Assembly: GCA_030704615.1 (NCBI GenBank)
Contig: CM060732.1
Location: forward strand, 55,614,001 to 55,678,000
Length of the DNA stretch: 64,000 bases
Direction of reading: 5' to 3'
Source of the DNA: Takakia lepidozioides
Lineage: Eukaryota > Plantae > Bryophyta
Part shown: positions 40,001 through 52,168 of the stretch, piece after piece
Layout: every line of letters starts with the position of its first letter
Position numbering within the stretch: position 1 is the stretch's first letter
The notes under the pieces: generated by a model
What the model was told of the DNA's origin: nothing
What the model saw: only the letters and a program-made list of their open reading frames with translations
Database searches by the model: none
Program-made: the position numbers and the translations under genes

Positions 40001-43000
40001 CGCCTGCTTGATTGGCACTGACCCTGGTTCCAGTTCAATTTTATGCTGACAGACTTCAGGTGGTATCCCTTTTAGATCCTCATAGCTCCAAGCAAATACA
40101 TCTCTGTATTTGATGAACAAGCTTTTAGCTTCTTCGAAGAATTCCGGCTCCAAATCAGCTCCTACTTTCACCATCCTTGGTTCCTCCGGAGTTCCCACAT
40201 TTACTTCTCTCACCTGCTCATCAGCTGTGATTGTCCAACCAGTCACCACTTCATCCTGTAAGCTCACAGTGGCTGGTTCTTCTAGGATTTCTATTTCTCC
40301 TTCTCTTTCTTCATAGAAATGTGATGGGTAAATGCTGGTTTCTTCTTCCGTTGGTGTTGCTGTCACTACACCACAGCAGATACCTCTCAAACAACTTAGG
40401 CTTTCCAGCCGCATCTCTGCAACTTGCTCCCACTCTGGGTGTGCAGCAAATAGGGTAGCTTCCTGCTCCTCATCCAGTCCTCCCTCCAGTCATACTCTCT
40501 GACTCCTCGAGGTCTTCTTGTAGCAGGTAATCTACTAGATTTCTTTGTGGTAATTTGTATCTCGTGCATCCCATTATGCACAGTTAGTAACTGAGAATTC
40601 CAGTCATGGAATACCCTGGCCTGTTTCAGCCACGGACGTCCCAATAATAAGGAATAAGCCTCCATGACTTCATCCATTTTTAATACAGTTACTGTGATCA
40701 AAAGATCATTTTCTGTATCTGTATCTTAACTCCTCTTATTAATCCCAATGGCTGTACACTTCTTTGATCTGCCATTGTTACTGTAAATGGGGCTGGTTTC
40801 ATGTTACTTAGACCAAGCTTCTTCCTTAATTGGTCTGTCATGATATTTACTCCAGAACCACCATCTATCAGTACATCAGTTAGTTCTGTGCTTCCAATTC
40901 TCAATTGGATTACTGGCATAGAATCATCAAAGTCCATGACTGGTTCTCGCCCTTCCGGCTTCACATTATAACTGGTCACCTTGCTGTTCAGGTCTGTGTT
41001 TCCTGTTTCTTGGGCAATTCGATTGATTGCCTGATACAGCCTGTGCCTACAATAAGGTGCCACAGCTAATAGCTGTCCAATGGTAATTTCTGCTTTGGTC
41101 TGACATATTACTTCAGCCAAAGTCTCTTCATTACTTTGCATGTCTGCATCTTTTTTTCTCCTTTCTTCCTCACTCTCCTCTTTTTCTCCATCCGAATCAG
41201 AGGAATCTGCCACAGGAATATCAGTACTCTTTTGCATTTCCCTTATAGTATCTGCCACTTCCTTGTGCAGTTCCTTCTCATCCTTCCAAGTCTCTTCCTC
41301 TTCAGGCATATCATTGCCACTTCCAGTCTCATCTTCTTCCTCTTCTACTGGAGGTATTAGTTTAGCTTTACTTCTTGTTACTATCATTGTACTTACTTCT
41401 GGTACAACACATGGCCTAACCATGTGAGCTGCCACCACTGGGCCCTCATTCACAGGAGCTCTCATCTCATTCTGGTGTCTTATCCAGAATGAACAGGCTG
41501 CCTTGCGATGTCCTGGCTGATTACAATAGTAACATAGCTCTTCACCATTGGGTCCTCGCCCTTGGTCTGGTCTTGGATTATTTCTATAATCCTGATTCCC
41601 GGGCTGGTAATTCCCCTCGGATTACCCTGATAGTTGCCTCTGGAATTTCCTTGGTAATTCCCTCTTGAATTACCTCTTCCTTCCATGCCATTGTTATAAC
41701 CACCAGACCTACCATAGTGGTCCTGATCATTGCTTCTTCTTGGCTGGGGTTGCACCTGATGCACCCTCACTTGCCTAGGTTCTCTGGCAGCTGTCCTTCT
41801 GTTGTAGTAACAATTCTCAGTAGAATGGTTATCCATTTTACAGATAGTACAGTGTTTTCTCCTTCATGTGGCATTCTGTAGTGGTATGGCCTTCATTCTG
41901 GCACTTTGCACACCATACACCCTTCCTCCAATGTGTTGCAGCCTCTGTGGCATACTTCTTCAAGATTTCTTCCAATCTTTTCTCATAGTTATCCCTCTTC
42001 AACTTTTCCTTTCTCTTACTCTTTCTTTTTAGTTCTTGCTCTTCTTCTTCATCTGACTCATCTTCAGAGTCCTCATCTTCCTTTTTCTCTCTCCTGAGCA
42101 TTCCCAATTGCTCAATTCTGTTCGCAGTTTCAAATGCCTCCTCCACTGTATTATGGGGTAACATATCCACTTTCTTCTGCAACTCTGGTCTTAGTCCACT
42201 CACAAACCAAGTCTTCTGTAAACCGGGTGCTGGTACTGCAGCCAGCTTTTTCATCATCAATTCCATCTTCTCCATATACTCTTCAACAGTTTCATGCTTC
42301 TTCTGCTTCAGCTGTTGTAAACTTCCATACACTTCATCCTCAGTTTTACTTGTCCTGAACCTATTTCGAAATGCTGTATTCAAGCCATTCCAGGTTAGGA
42401 AATGATTATCAGGGAATCTTGCATACCATTCACTTGCTTTCTTGATAAGTGAACAAGGAAACAGTCTCATCTTGGCATCATCGCCATTCTCATTGTTCAC
42501 TATACACATGTGCTCAAATTGGCTAATGTGTACATCGGGATCCCCTTTTCCTGAATATATTGGAAAGGGTGGTTTTGCCCGTGTTGGTTGTAACGCCATC
42601 TGTGGCCCTACCTTCTGCCCACTGACAGGTGCTGGCACCCTTGCTGGTGCTGGTCCTTCTGGACCTGTTGTTTTTGTGGTGGATCTTCCACCAAGTGGTG
42701 GCCCTTGAGCACTCCCTGCTTCTGGCCCCACGATATTCACAGTATTCCCAGCTTCAGTTGCACTACTTCCCACACTCCCTGTCCCCCCAGAGCCAGATCC
42801 AGGCAGCCCGCCTGATCCCCCTGAGCCGACACCTTCGTTGGCCTGTGATCCAAGTGCTCCACTTGATCCAGGTCCAACGGGTTGGGATGTCCTGGTTGTA
42901 GTCTCAACCTCAGCTGTTGGGTCTACTTCTTCATATTCTTCCTCTTCCAATTTCTTCTCTCTGTTTTCATCATTCAAGTTCTGCCCTTGGGTTTCTTCTT

Positions 43001-43430
43001 CACTCATGTAACTCAACTGTAATGGTGTTGGAGAGTCTGAACTCTCCGTTGGCTCTGCCACATCCTCATCTCCTTCTTCATCTTCTGCTTCAGAAACTGG
43101 AGTTCCTGCTTTTGGTGTTCCATGCCAACTTTTATCAAAGATTTCTGTCAAATCTTTTATCCAAGGATGTACCTCAGATCTTTCACCTCTTGATTGATCT
43201 TCTTCCTGTACCAATTCCCTTAATCTTTCTTGCAAAGAAACAGAAGGAGTGGCATCCAACTCTAGTTCTTCCGGTATAGGTGATGCACTTTTTGATCTTG
43301 ATGGTGTGAGAGGTCCAGATGATTCCCCTATGTCTATTCCTCTCTCCCAAAGATATGGATAATTAGCTTTCAGATAGCTTTCCCTTTTTAATGAATATCT
43401 TTGTCGTCTAGCTTCTCTTTCATCACTCAT
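37053..43430 (-). CDS. gag-pol of full-length gypsy B, broken mainly by single-base indels
   Basis: Gag, CCHC knuckles, LIDGGSG, FLDD, RNaseH, HHCC/DDE integrase, GPY motif; no chromodomain. Confidence 0.92.
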
Positions 43431-43451
43431 GTCCCATGTCTTTCATTTCTT

Positions 43452-44020
43452 TTAATGTGGCAATAACCAAAACTCTCTTCTGTAATATCTCTCGTATATG
43501 CCTGGATTTCTTTCAAGCTTCAATGCACCCTTGGCTATACTTGAAGTCTCCGTTACCATATAACCATATGGCAAACAAGTCTGAAAAGCTGTTCTTGGTG
43601 TGAGTTTGATCCACAAAATATCCTTTGGAATCCAATTCTTTACCAGTACAAGCTCTTCATGCATATGAGTATAAACATTCACCTTTCTTTCTTCCCAGCC
43701 TTCAAACTCTACTCGTTTAATGGATAGCAATGCTATCACATAAACCAATGTTGGTAACCAACGTGCTCTTCCTCTACAGGCTACTGATAAATCTTTATCA
43801 CTCCTTTCTCCAGACCCCATTCTGGATCAGCATCATGCACTCGTTTAAGAATATTTTCTTTACATCCGTCTGGCAATTCCAAGAACCTTTGAAAGAACTG
43901 TTTGGACAATCTTTCTTCCTTCGTTTCACAGGGAATTTGATTCACTTCAAATTCTTTAATGGTCCAACCACCATGATCCCACCAGATGCCTGTCACATCT
44001 GGTTGTTCATGTCCCAGTTC
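43452..44020 (-). CDS. Upstream ORF0 between PBS and gag (one frameshift at ~43785)
   Basis: Intact in the copy at 52727-53368; C-terminal half differs between copies only at synonymous sites. Confidence 0.7.
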
Positions 44021-44036
44021 CCCAGTATGGTCGCCA
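44021..44036 (-). promoter_or_regulatory. Primer-binding site TGGCGACCATACTGGG
   Basis: 2 nt after the LTR CA; identical at 53297-53312; cognate tRNA not determined. Confidence 0.85.
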
Positions 44037-44038
44037 AA

Positions 44039-45161
44039 TGTCGCGCGGCTTTTACTCACCCATCCCTTCGCTATCCGAGGCGGAAACTCCAAGATAGAAG
44101 AGTTGGAAATCTCTAAGTACTCAGCCCGCGCAGAACAATCAGTCATGACCTACAGCTAGTGTATCATGGGGGTGTTTCCTATTTGTTTCCCTTTTCGCAT
44201 TCATCTTAGCTACCTTACCATTGATGATTACGTATTAGTTTCCTTCACTCCTCCATTCAATCCACAGCTTCACTCAGATCTCTCTACACAGTGTGATTGT
44301 ATCGTATAAATATCAGATTATGATTTATCAGGTATCAGGCCGAAGCCATTGTATCTCTATTCTCCTCTACAATATCCCTACGGCTTTGCATCTAACAAGC
44401 ATCTACTAATCCTCCTTCATCGTGCTCTCCGATCTCCGCTTCCGCCTGACTCCCAAGTCCTCCCCGAATAAATGATCTCCTCATAATCCCCGTTCTTCCC
44501 TTTATCCTCCTATCCGCGGTTCTAACCGTTTCCCTCTCTAACCGTCGTATGTGAACTAACATGTTCCCTTCTCTGGTGTTGTTCCCCACAGTCGTTCCCT
44601 GTCCTACTCTTCGTTCCCTATTATCGTGACAGCTGTGTCAAGCGGTGACTGGCTGTGTTTGGCTGTGTCGGGCTGTGACTGGCTGTGTGGCTATGCCGGG
44701 CTGTGACTGGCTGTGTGGGCTGTGTCTGCTGTGACGACTGTGACGGGCTGTGTGGGCTGTGTGGGCTGTGACGACTATGACGGGCTGTGTGGGCTGTGAC
44801 GGCTGTGACGGGCTGTGTTGGCTGTAACGGCTGTGTGGGCTGTGTGGGCTGTGACGGCTGTGTGGGCTGTGTGGGCTGTGTCGGCTGTGTCGGGCTGTGT
44901 GGGCTGTGTCGGCTGTGTCGGCTGTGTGTGTGGTATGCCGGGCTGTGACTGGCTGTGTGGCTGTGTCTGCTGTGACGACTGTGACTGGCTGTGTGGGCTG
45001 TGTGGGCTGTGACGACTATGACGGGCTGTGTGGGTTGTGTAACCCCCTTCTACAGTGCTCTGCTGTCACCCTAAGGTTCCTGTTTGTCTCAGTCTGTGCA
45101 AAAATTAAGGGTACCCTACAGATCCCGTATAAGTGTCTAAGTCCCCTACAGTCCTCTAACA
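44039..45161 (-). repeat. 5' LTR of gypsy B with (GGCTGTGTG/GACG) minisatellite
   Basis: Near-identical to 31394-32635 outside the minisatellite. Confidence 0.92.
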
Positions 45162-45625
45162 GGAGGGCCGTGAGGTGTATGGCTTTGAAGCATTTATGGA
45201 TGGAAATGATAGAGAGATTAAAGTTATTGTGAAGTTCAGAGATGCTGGCATTGTGGATGCCCCCTCTGGTGCCGGCAGTGATGATAATGAGGGGAAATGT
45301 GCCCCATCCCCTCCGGTGGATAGCAAGAATGAGTGACGGATATTTTTGGCGTTTTTCGAGGATGGAGGAGCAGGGGAAGCGGTCATGGCATAATGTGAAT
45401 TCTAAGAAGTGTATGGTAATGGCGGGGAACGGGGTAGAGGTGGTGGGGCATTGATGGGGAGCCCCTGGACTCTGAGGATATCCGGACAGAGGCGGGAATG
45501 GCATGTACATGATGTGGGACAGATACATGGGAGTAGCCACGTAGGTACCGTGTGGTCTGGGGGCCAACCTTGGTAGGTGCCCGCATTGATGAGTGAGAAC
45601 CAACGAGTTTCATTACGTCGTTGTA

Positions 45626-45879
45626 TCATCACCAACAAACGTAAGCTTGAATCTAACCCTACAACAATATTCTAGTCACCCCTGGGGGAACCGCCCCTCC
45701 CCTCCCCCTCCCCCTCCCCCCTTGCCACCCACAACCATACCTCACCGGCACATAACGCACTCACACCTCTGGTTATTCGGTGTCCAACCAGGACACCTAT
45801 TTTATTATAAGGCCCACCCCCGTCATGGGGCAGTAGCCGAAAAGTGAAGTGGCTCTTAGTTACGCCGGCTTGGCCGGAG

Positions 45880-45928
<49 letters not shown>
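45626..45928 (+). mobile_element. 5'-truncated copy of the RLE-LINE inserted antisense into its own family member; long (TC)n tail
   Basis: 12-bp imperfect TSD TACGTCGTTGTA (45614-45625) / TATGTCGTGGTA (45929-45940). Confidence 0.8.
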
Positions 45929-45931
<3 letters not shown>

Positions 45932-47296
45932 GTCGTGGTAGGAGTTTGTGGATGTGCCATACAGCGTGGTTGTGTCGAGTACAAAGCCCGTGAATGACTG
46001 GGTGGGGGCATTTGCTAAGAAGGTGGAGCCAGGTATCATGTGTGGCATGGATGTGGGAGCACATAGGGCAGTTTGGTGAGGGGTATATGGCAGGCCAGAA
46101 GGTGTGTTTGCGTTGGTGGCCCATGTACTGGGCTTATTGGAATTTAAGGGTCTGTCGTATTTGAGCGTCTGATGCAGCTTTGGTGTGTCAGAAGTGGCTG
46201 GAGAGTTTGTGGTGGAGTACATTGGAGAGGGTCCATTTGTGGGAGATAGTATGAGTGGGGCTGGGGCCGGGGTCGCTAAAGTCCATGCTTTGAGATTAGT
46301 GGGTAGTCGGGCGGTGGGGTTGCGTGTTGGTGGATGGAACGGAGTAACATGGATATCGGAAAGTAGACGATTGAGATGAGCGGGGAAGTCGAAGGGTATG
46401 GGGGGGCATGAGGCAGCTTGGACAAGCAGAATTAGAGTTAAAGTAGTTTCCTTGTGGCGGAGGTATTTTGGGAATGGTAGGTTGTTTGCGCAGCGAAGAT
46501 GGTTGGGTTCAATAGTGGCTAATGGTATCACTTCTGGAGGAAAGTTGTAGAAGAGGATGTTGGTGGTCAGGTGAACTTTGTTGTGTAAGAATGAGAATAG
46601 TGGAGGCGGAGGGGGAGAAGTGGGCGGCGAGGCGCGCCCATAGAAGAGCCTCACGTGTGAGGGGCCCGGGAGGTGGGTGCGCAAGGCCACCGCCGGACCA
46701 AGAGTGTTGGGTAGCGGGGCCCAATGCTTCGAATACACAGTTTCGGGGGTGCGGGCTGGCGTAAGAAGAAAGCTCAAGGGGGCATGTAAGTGGGCTGGAG
46801 TAGTATAAGTGGATCAGCTAGAATGTAGAGATGAGGAATTTGAGGATGTCGGAGGGTATAGTGCTATGGGTATATGCTTGAGCTAGTTTATCGGGGGTGT
46901 GGGGTTTTTTTGTGGGGGTATCGCGTAAATATCGGTCACAAACCAGCAGACCTCAGTGGCGAAGTCTTGTTTAGGGGGCCATAACAGGATGGTATGAGGA
47001 GGCGTCATATCTATCCCAGAGCCAGATGAACCTAACATTAGAGATAGAGTCGGTAAAGTGACCGTTACGTGTGTAGATTTGGGATGTCAGGCGTCTAGGG
47101 CATATAATGGGGGAGATTTGGTTAATATCTTTGTCAGGGTTGCATTCAGAGGCGTGTATATGAATATGTGGAGCGTTCAAGGGGTACGGATGTAGCGAAC
47201 ATCTATTGCTTGGGTTTGAGAGACATGATGTTTATGGGTGTGTGCTAAGTAATTGGTGTTAGTTGTTTTGTAGAAGGTGATAAGGGGGAATGCTTG

Positions 47297-48784
47297 CACG
47301 TGAGCCTGTGAACGCGTGAGGAGCCCAGCCAGGCTCACGCCACGTCAGCAAGGTTTCCCACGTGCAGGACCTAATTCCGTGGATGTCACCTATTTCCGCG
47401 GAACTGTAGGCGACTACCATGCCCCAGATTTTCCAACTTTATTTTCCGAGAAATCTCTTCCCTCATCCAAATCTTGGTCGGATGAGAAATCACGGGTGGT
47501 TTGTGGATGGTTTTTGTCCATGGGCACAGGATATTTCAGAGAGTAAAATGTCCTGTTGCGTAATGAACACGGAGGAGAATGAGTTTGTTCTAACGAAGTT
47601 CCTTCCCCCCAATTCACATCCACTTTTCAGTGATAGACGTTCTCCAGACAAAACACCAGGAAATCCCTGAAACGTCTTTGCGGTTTATGAAAAAACATGG
47701 TATAGAACAGGTTGGCAAGACTTGCAATGCAAGACACGAAACGAAGAACAATAGGGCCAGCAACCATACAAAAAACAAAAAACAGTCCTGAAAAAAAGAT
47801 GTTTCCATTTCTCAAATCAAGGTTGCGTCAATGGAAGGTTGCGTCAATGCAAGGTTGATTTGCATCAACCTCCCAAGAAAAAAAAAAAAAACTTCAAAAA
47901 ATGATGTTTTCATTTCTCAAATCAAGCTTGCGTCAACGCAAGGTTGATTTGCATCACCACCCTAGGAAGGGAAAAAAAATAAAAAAAATAAAAATCTTTA
48001 AAAAAAATGCTTTCATTTCTCAAATCAAGGTTGCATCAACGCAAGGTTGATTTGCATCACCCCCCATGAATTGAAAATATTTTAAAAAAAGGAAAAATAA
48101 AAAAAGATGTTTTCATTTCTCAAATCAATGTTGTGTCAATGCTGATTTGCATCAAACCCCACGAGAGAATTTTAAGGGGAAAAAAAAAAAAAAAAAAAAA
48201 ACCTTAAAAAAAAGATGCTTTCATTTCTCAAATCAAGGTTGCGTCAACGCAAGGTTGATTTGCATCAACCCCCTAGGCAGAAAAATAAATAAATAAATAA
48301 AAATTATGCTTTCATTTCTCAAATCAATGTTGCGTCAACGCAAGATTGATTTGCATCACCCCCCAGGGAGAAAAACAATAATTTTTTTTTTAAAATAAAA
48401 AAAAATCATATGTCTGTCGGTGTATATCACATCATCAATCACGTTGTGCTTACGTCTACCATTTGTTGCATTCGTTCCTCAAACTCATTTGTTCATTTGC
48501 GAACACATCAAGTCACATTCACAAATGAACATTCTCGGAAATCAACCTCGTGTTAACACAAGGTTGATCTCTGTGGACGCCCTAAACCCTAAACCTATCT
48601 CACCTCCAGATGGTGAAATCCCACAGTTATAGGCTCAACGGTTATAGGCCCACCATCTTTGTGGTGATGTGACACGACCTTGGGTGGGCTCACGCCACAT
48701 CAGCACCAACGCCACGTCAGCGCTGTGAGCGTAGGCTCGCGCCACATCACCATTGTGTGAACGTACGCTCACGCGGTAGCGTCG
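47297..48784. mobile_element. Non-autonomous DNA-transposon-like insertion with an internal hairpin tandem array
   Basis: Interrupts the LINE ORF; degenerate inverted ends; right end shared with 6694-6878. Confidence 0.6.
47800..48368. repeat. Six ~100-bp units: conserved ~55-bp palindromic core plus A-rich spacer
   Basis: TTTCATTTCTCAAATCAAGGTTGCGTCAACGCAAGGTTGATTTGCATCA at ~47803, 47907, 48009, 48109, 48217, 48308. Confidence 0.9.
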
Positions 48785-50212
48785 TTAATTGATAAGGAGA
48801 CTGCGGTTGTGAGTAGGGCCGCAGTCGTCATGGGTTCCAAAGAGGTCAACTTCGATCTGTCATGTGTTATTAGTTGCAAGAAAACCTACCCATTTACATA
48901 GGTAATATGCGTCAACACAGGTGGCGTCGTGTATGTCAAGGGAGGTTTGAGTCTTGATGCCGAGAATAACTTCAATGACGAAGGCATCGGGGTGGTTGGG
49001 GTTGGCTAGGCAGGGGGAAAGAGGGGGGGTAGGGGGATTTAGAGGGTGGGGGAAAATTTGCTCATGGCAATTATCGGGGATGCGGGGATGCGGGGATGCG
49101 GGGGGGGGGGGGGAGAAGCAGGGGGGTGAGAATCGGGGAGAGGGTGCTCCAGAGTGTTATGGGAGGTCATAAGCTACTGTAGTATTGAGGGGGCTGGGGC
49201 CGTTCTGAATTCTGGGAAGTGGTCTTGCTTGTTATGGGGGAAGAGTAGGCATGGTAGGTCACAGTCGAGGGTACACGAGGCTATCTGGTGACAAAATAGA
49301 AATCGGAGATGAAATAGGTATCTGCGTGTTTTGATGGTAGCACGGGAGTGTTTCAGGGTAAATTGGTTAGGGGTGAGCAGCCGGTTCCCTGTGGCAGTGG
49401 TAAGCTGGGTGAGAGTAGAAATATGACGTGCCTTAATGTAGGCAAGGACAAGTTTCTTTTCACGGGGGTGACTAGTTTCAAATTGTGAGAAGAATGGGCT
49501 GCTGAGCCACAAGTGAGATATGGAGTTGGGGTATCCGGAGAGGTCGGTTTGAATGCTGATTTTCAATTGGCGTAGGATGAATAGCGTGCGGGCGGTGGGG
49601 GAGTGGAGGCAGGATTGGGGGTGGAGAGTAGGGAGGGAATACAAGCCATTATATTTAAACGCGAAGTGTTTAAGGAGTCCTCGGAAGATTAGTCTGAGGC
49701 AGCCTGGGTCGTTAAAAACCTCTATAAGTTGTGAGCCGAGGGTGCGGGCGTATGAGATGATCAGGGGGCTAGAACCAATCCGAAAACTGTCATGTGGGAG
49801 TTGGGTAAGAACGTTAGGGGTGCTGGTGGGTAGGCCACAAATGCATTTGGCGAGTTGGATAATATTGGTATCGAGTATTTTGATATCCGATATAGAGAAG
49901 GGGACCGCGTGAAATGCGTATTGGATTTGAGGGTTGAGAACTCTTTGGATGATAGTTAGTTTAGGGCGGATGGAGATCCGGGCGTTGAGTAGAGTTAAAC
50001 TCTTATGGGTTAGTTTGGAAAGAGTGATGCTCCTTTGTATATGCCAGGTTAGTGATGGGACCGATTGTATGGATAAATAAGTGTATGATTCATCCGGACC
50101 TTAAAAAAAAAAGATTTTTGTTGATAGTGCAGATGGAGCATGCAATGGGATACTTTCGTGGATTTTGTGAGCTTACTGCCGTGGGTAGCGACAGTGACCA
50201 CACATTTATTGA

Positions 50213-51512
50213 CACTACTACGTTTAGGGGGGGTTTGCGACGCCAAGACCCCGGGCGCGCCGGATGCGCCGACCCCCCTGCGACTGCAGCGTCGCACAGA
50301 CGCTCGGACGACGTTGTGGCATCTTGTGATGCCATGCCGTCGCCGGAAAGGGGCCTGACCCCATTCCCCTGCCAACGCACTGGGGGGTTGCGACGCCCTG
50401 GCGTCGCAACAATTTACTGCGACGCCGGGGAATCGCAACGAGGCATCGCAGCCCAGCGACGCTTTTGCGACGGCCGGGTGCTCCTGTGACAGCGGGGAAT
50501 CGCAATGCTATCGCAAAAAAAAAAAAAAAAAAAAACCCCGTTTTTTTTTTTTTTTTTTTTTTTGTTTGCGATTCTCCGCCGTCGCAGGAGCGCTCGGCCG
50601 TCGCTGGGGCTGCGGCGCTGCGATTCCCCGGCGTCCTGGGGGCGTCGCGGAAAATTGAATCCGGGAGTAGATTGTAGAGCACAATGGGCTTGGCATCCTC
50701 AGACTATAGCCATTGTCCAATAATAAGTTGCAATGCAGCTTTGCAAAACTTAAGCCATTGATAGATATTTGTTCTTGAAGAACTCTGGGGACAAGTCTCG
50801 GTGCAAGTTCCAGCTGTGAGAGCTCCTATAGAGTACGCATAATCTGCAACACAATGATATGATTGAGATAGTGGTAGTCACTAGGAGCTAACTCTTGATA
50901 TGTATATATATACTTGGACTGCTTTTGTGATACATAGATGTATTATAGATTTGTTGGTTAGTGTGCACTGTCTTAGAAATGTTATAATGTGGAGGTCCTA
51001 GGTTCAAATATGCATTGCCTAATATATGTAGAACAATGCATGAACTGCCATTGGACAAAACCGGAGTCAATGGTCAACGCCGAGTCAATGGTCAACTAGT
51101 TTTTGAAATTCAAAATTCAAATTCAAATTTTCCCACCTAAATTCAAATGTACCCCTCTACTGTGACGTCTGGGGGTCGCATTTACGACCCCCGGACGTCC
51201 CTAATGCGACGTCGCAGATTTATTTTTATTTTTATTTTTATTTTTTTATTTTTTTATTTTTCCGGCGATGCCTGGACATCGCAAGTCGCGCCGGCGCCGC
51301 GGCCGAGGGGTTTGTGATTCCCCGACGACGTTAATTAGCGACGTTCCGGGAGCGACGTCGCTGCGATGTCTCTTCGACTACGACGTCTCTGTGATTTCCC
51401 GACGTCGCAAAATGCCCCCGACGCGCCCCGGGCGTCGTAGAGTATTTCCGTCGCTAATCGCGGTGGTTGGAGGTCGCTGGGGCATCGCTAACCCCCCCTA
51501 AACGTAGTAGTG
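50213..51512. mobile_element. Non-autonomous CACTA element (1.3 kb)
   Basis: TIR CACTACTACGTTTAGGGGGGGTT at both ends, 3-bp TSD TGA, GCGACG subterminal repeats. Confidence 0.95.
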
Positions 51513-52168
51513 TGAGTCTTAGTTCTATACCAAACCATTGATTAAAGCGAGATAATTTGTCAACCTGTCGGTTGAGGTGCTGAGATGTATGTGCTAAAAT
51601 AGCAAGGTCGTCAGCATATGCTGCCGTTGAGATTTCATTGGAGGAGGTTTTATAGTGATAGCCTAAGTTACCTCGGGCAAACCATCGTAAGAGAGGTTCT
51701 AGAAAGATGATGAATAGGTAGGGGCTCAGAGTGTTCCTTTCGATGGTACCAGGAAGGATGGGAATAGGGGGGGTGGAGCCATAGCAGGAGCCTGTGTATT
51801 TAGTGGTGCTATTGGTGTAAATGTTCCCGATGAGTTGGATGACATCTACAGGGTAGCCCATGTCCGCCATGATGGCATGTAGACGTGGGTGGTCCATCGA
51901 GCCAAAGGCGTTTTTGAAGTCAATGTAGAGGAGGTAGATATCTTGTTTGGTAAGTTTGGCGTCTTCTAGGGCAGATAAGACATATTGGATTTGTCTGGTG
52001 GTGCTACGCGTTGCGCGGAAGCCTTCCCAGGGGTCGCTTAAAATACGGTGTTGTTCGCCATAGGAAAATAGCATCGTGGTGAGGGTGCTAGTGAATAGTT
52101 TGTAGATAGTGTTAGCGAGGGCAATGGATCTGTAATTACTGAGGTCGGTGGGTTCGCCTTTTTAAAAT

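Larger units (their letters stand above)
31394..45161 (-). mobile_element. Full-length non-chromoviral Ty3/gypsy (Athila/Tat-like) element, 13.8 kb
   Basis: TG...CA LTRs, TSD GGAGG (31389-31393 and 45162-45166), PBS, PPT, gag-pol, extra 5' and 3' ORFs. Confidence 0.95.
31108..52168 (-). mobile_element. 5'-truncated RLE-type non-LTR retrotransposon (RT - MTase-like - CCHC - PD-D/ExK endonuclease - (TC)n) interrupted by four insertions
   Basis: RT YIDFKNAFGS and YADDL (51513-52168); CPMC..HLLSKC..RHNHAV (~45940-46075); PDIL..FLEFT..KRQKY..GW..G.RGGI (45170-45490); ORF resumes across the GGAGG TSD and stops at ~31324. Confidence 0.85.

Noticed and set aside
47800-48368. CRISPR-like repeat-spacer array
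   Set aside because: Repeats are ~55 bp and degenerate, spacers are low-complexity poly-A, no cas genes, eukaryotic TE context
50049-50723. Cluster of GC-rich ORFs with poly-K/poly-F
   Set aside because: CACTA subterminal repeats and A/T homopolymers; non-coding
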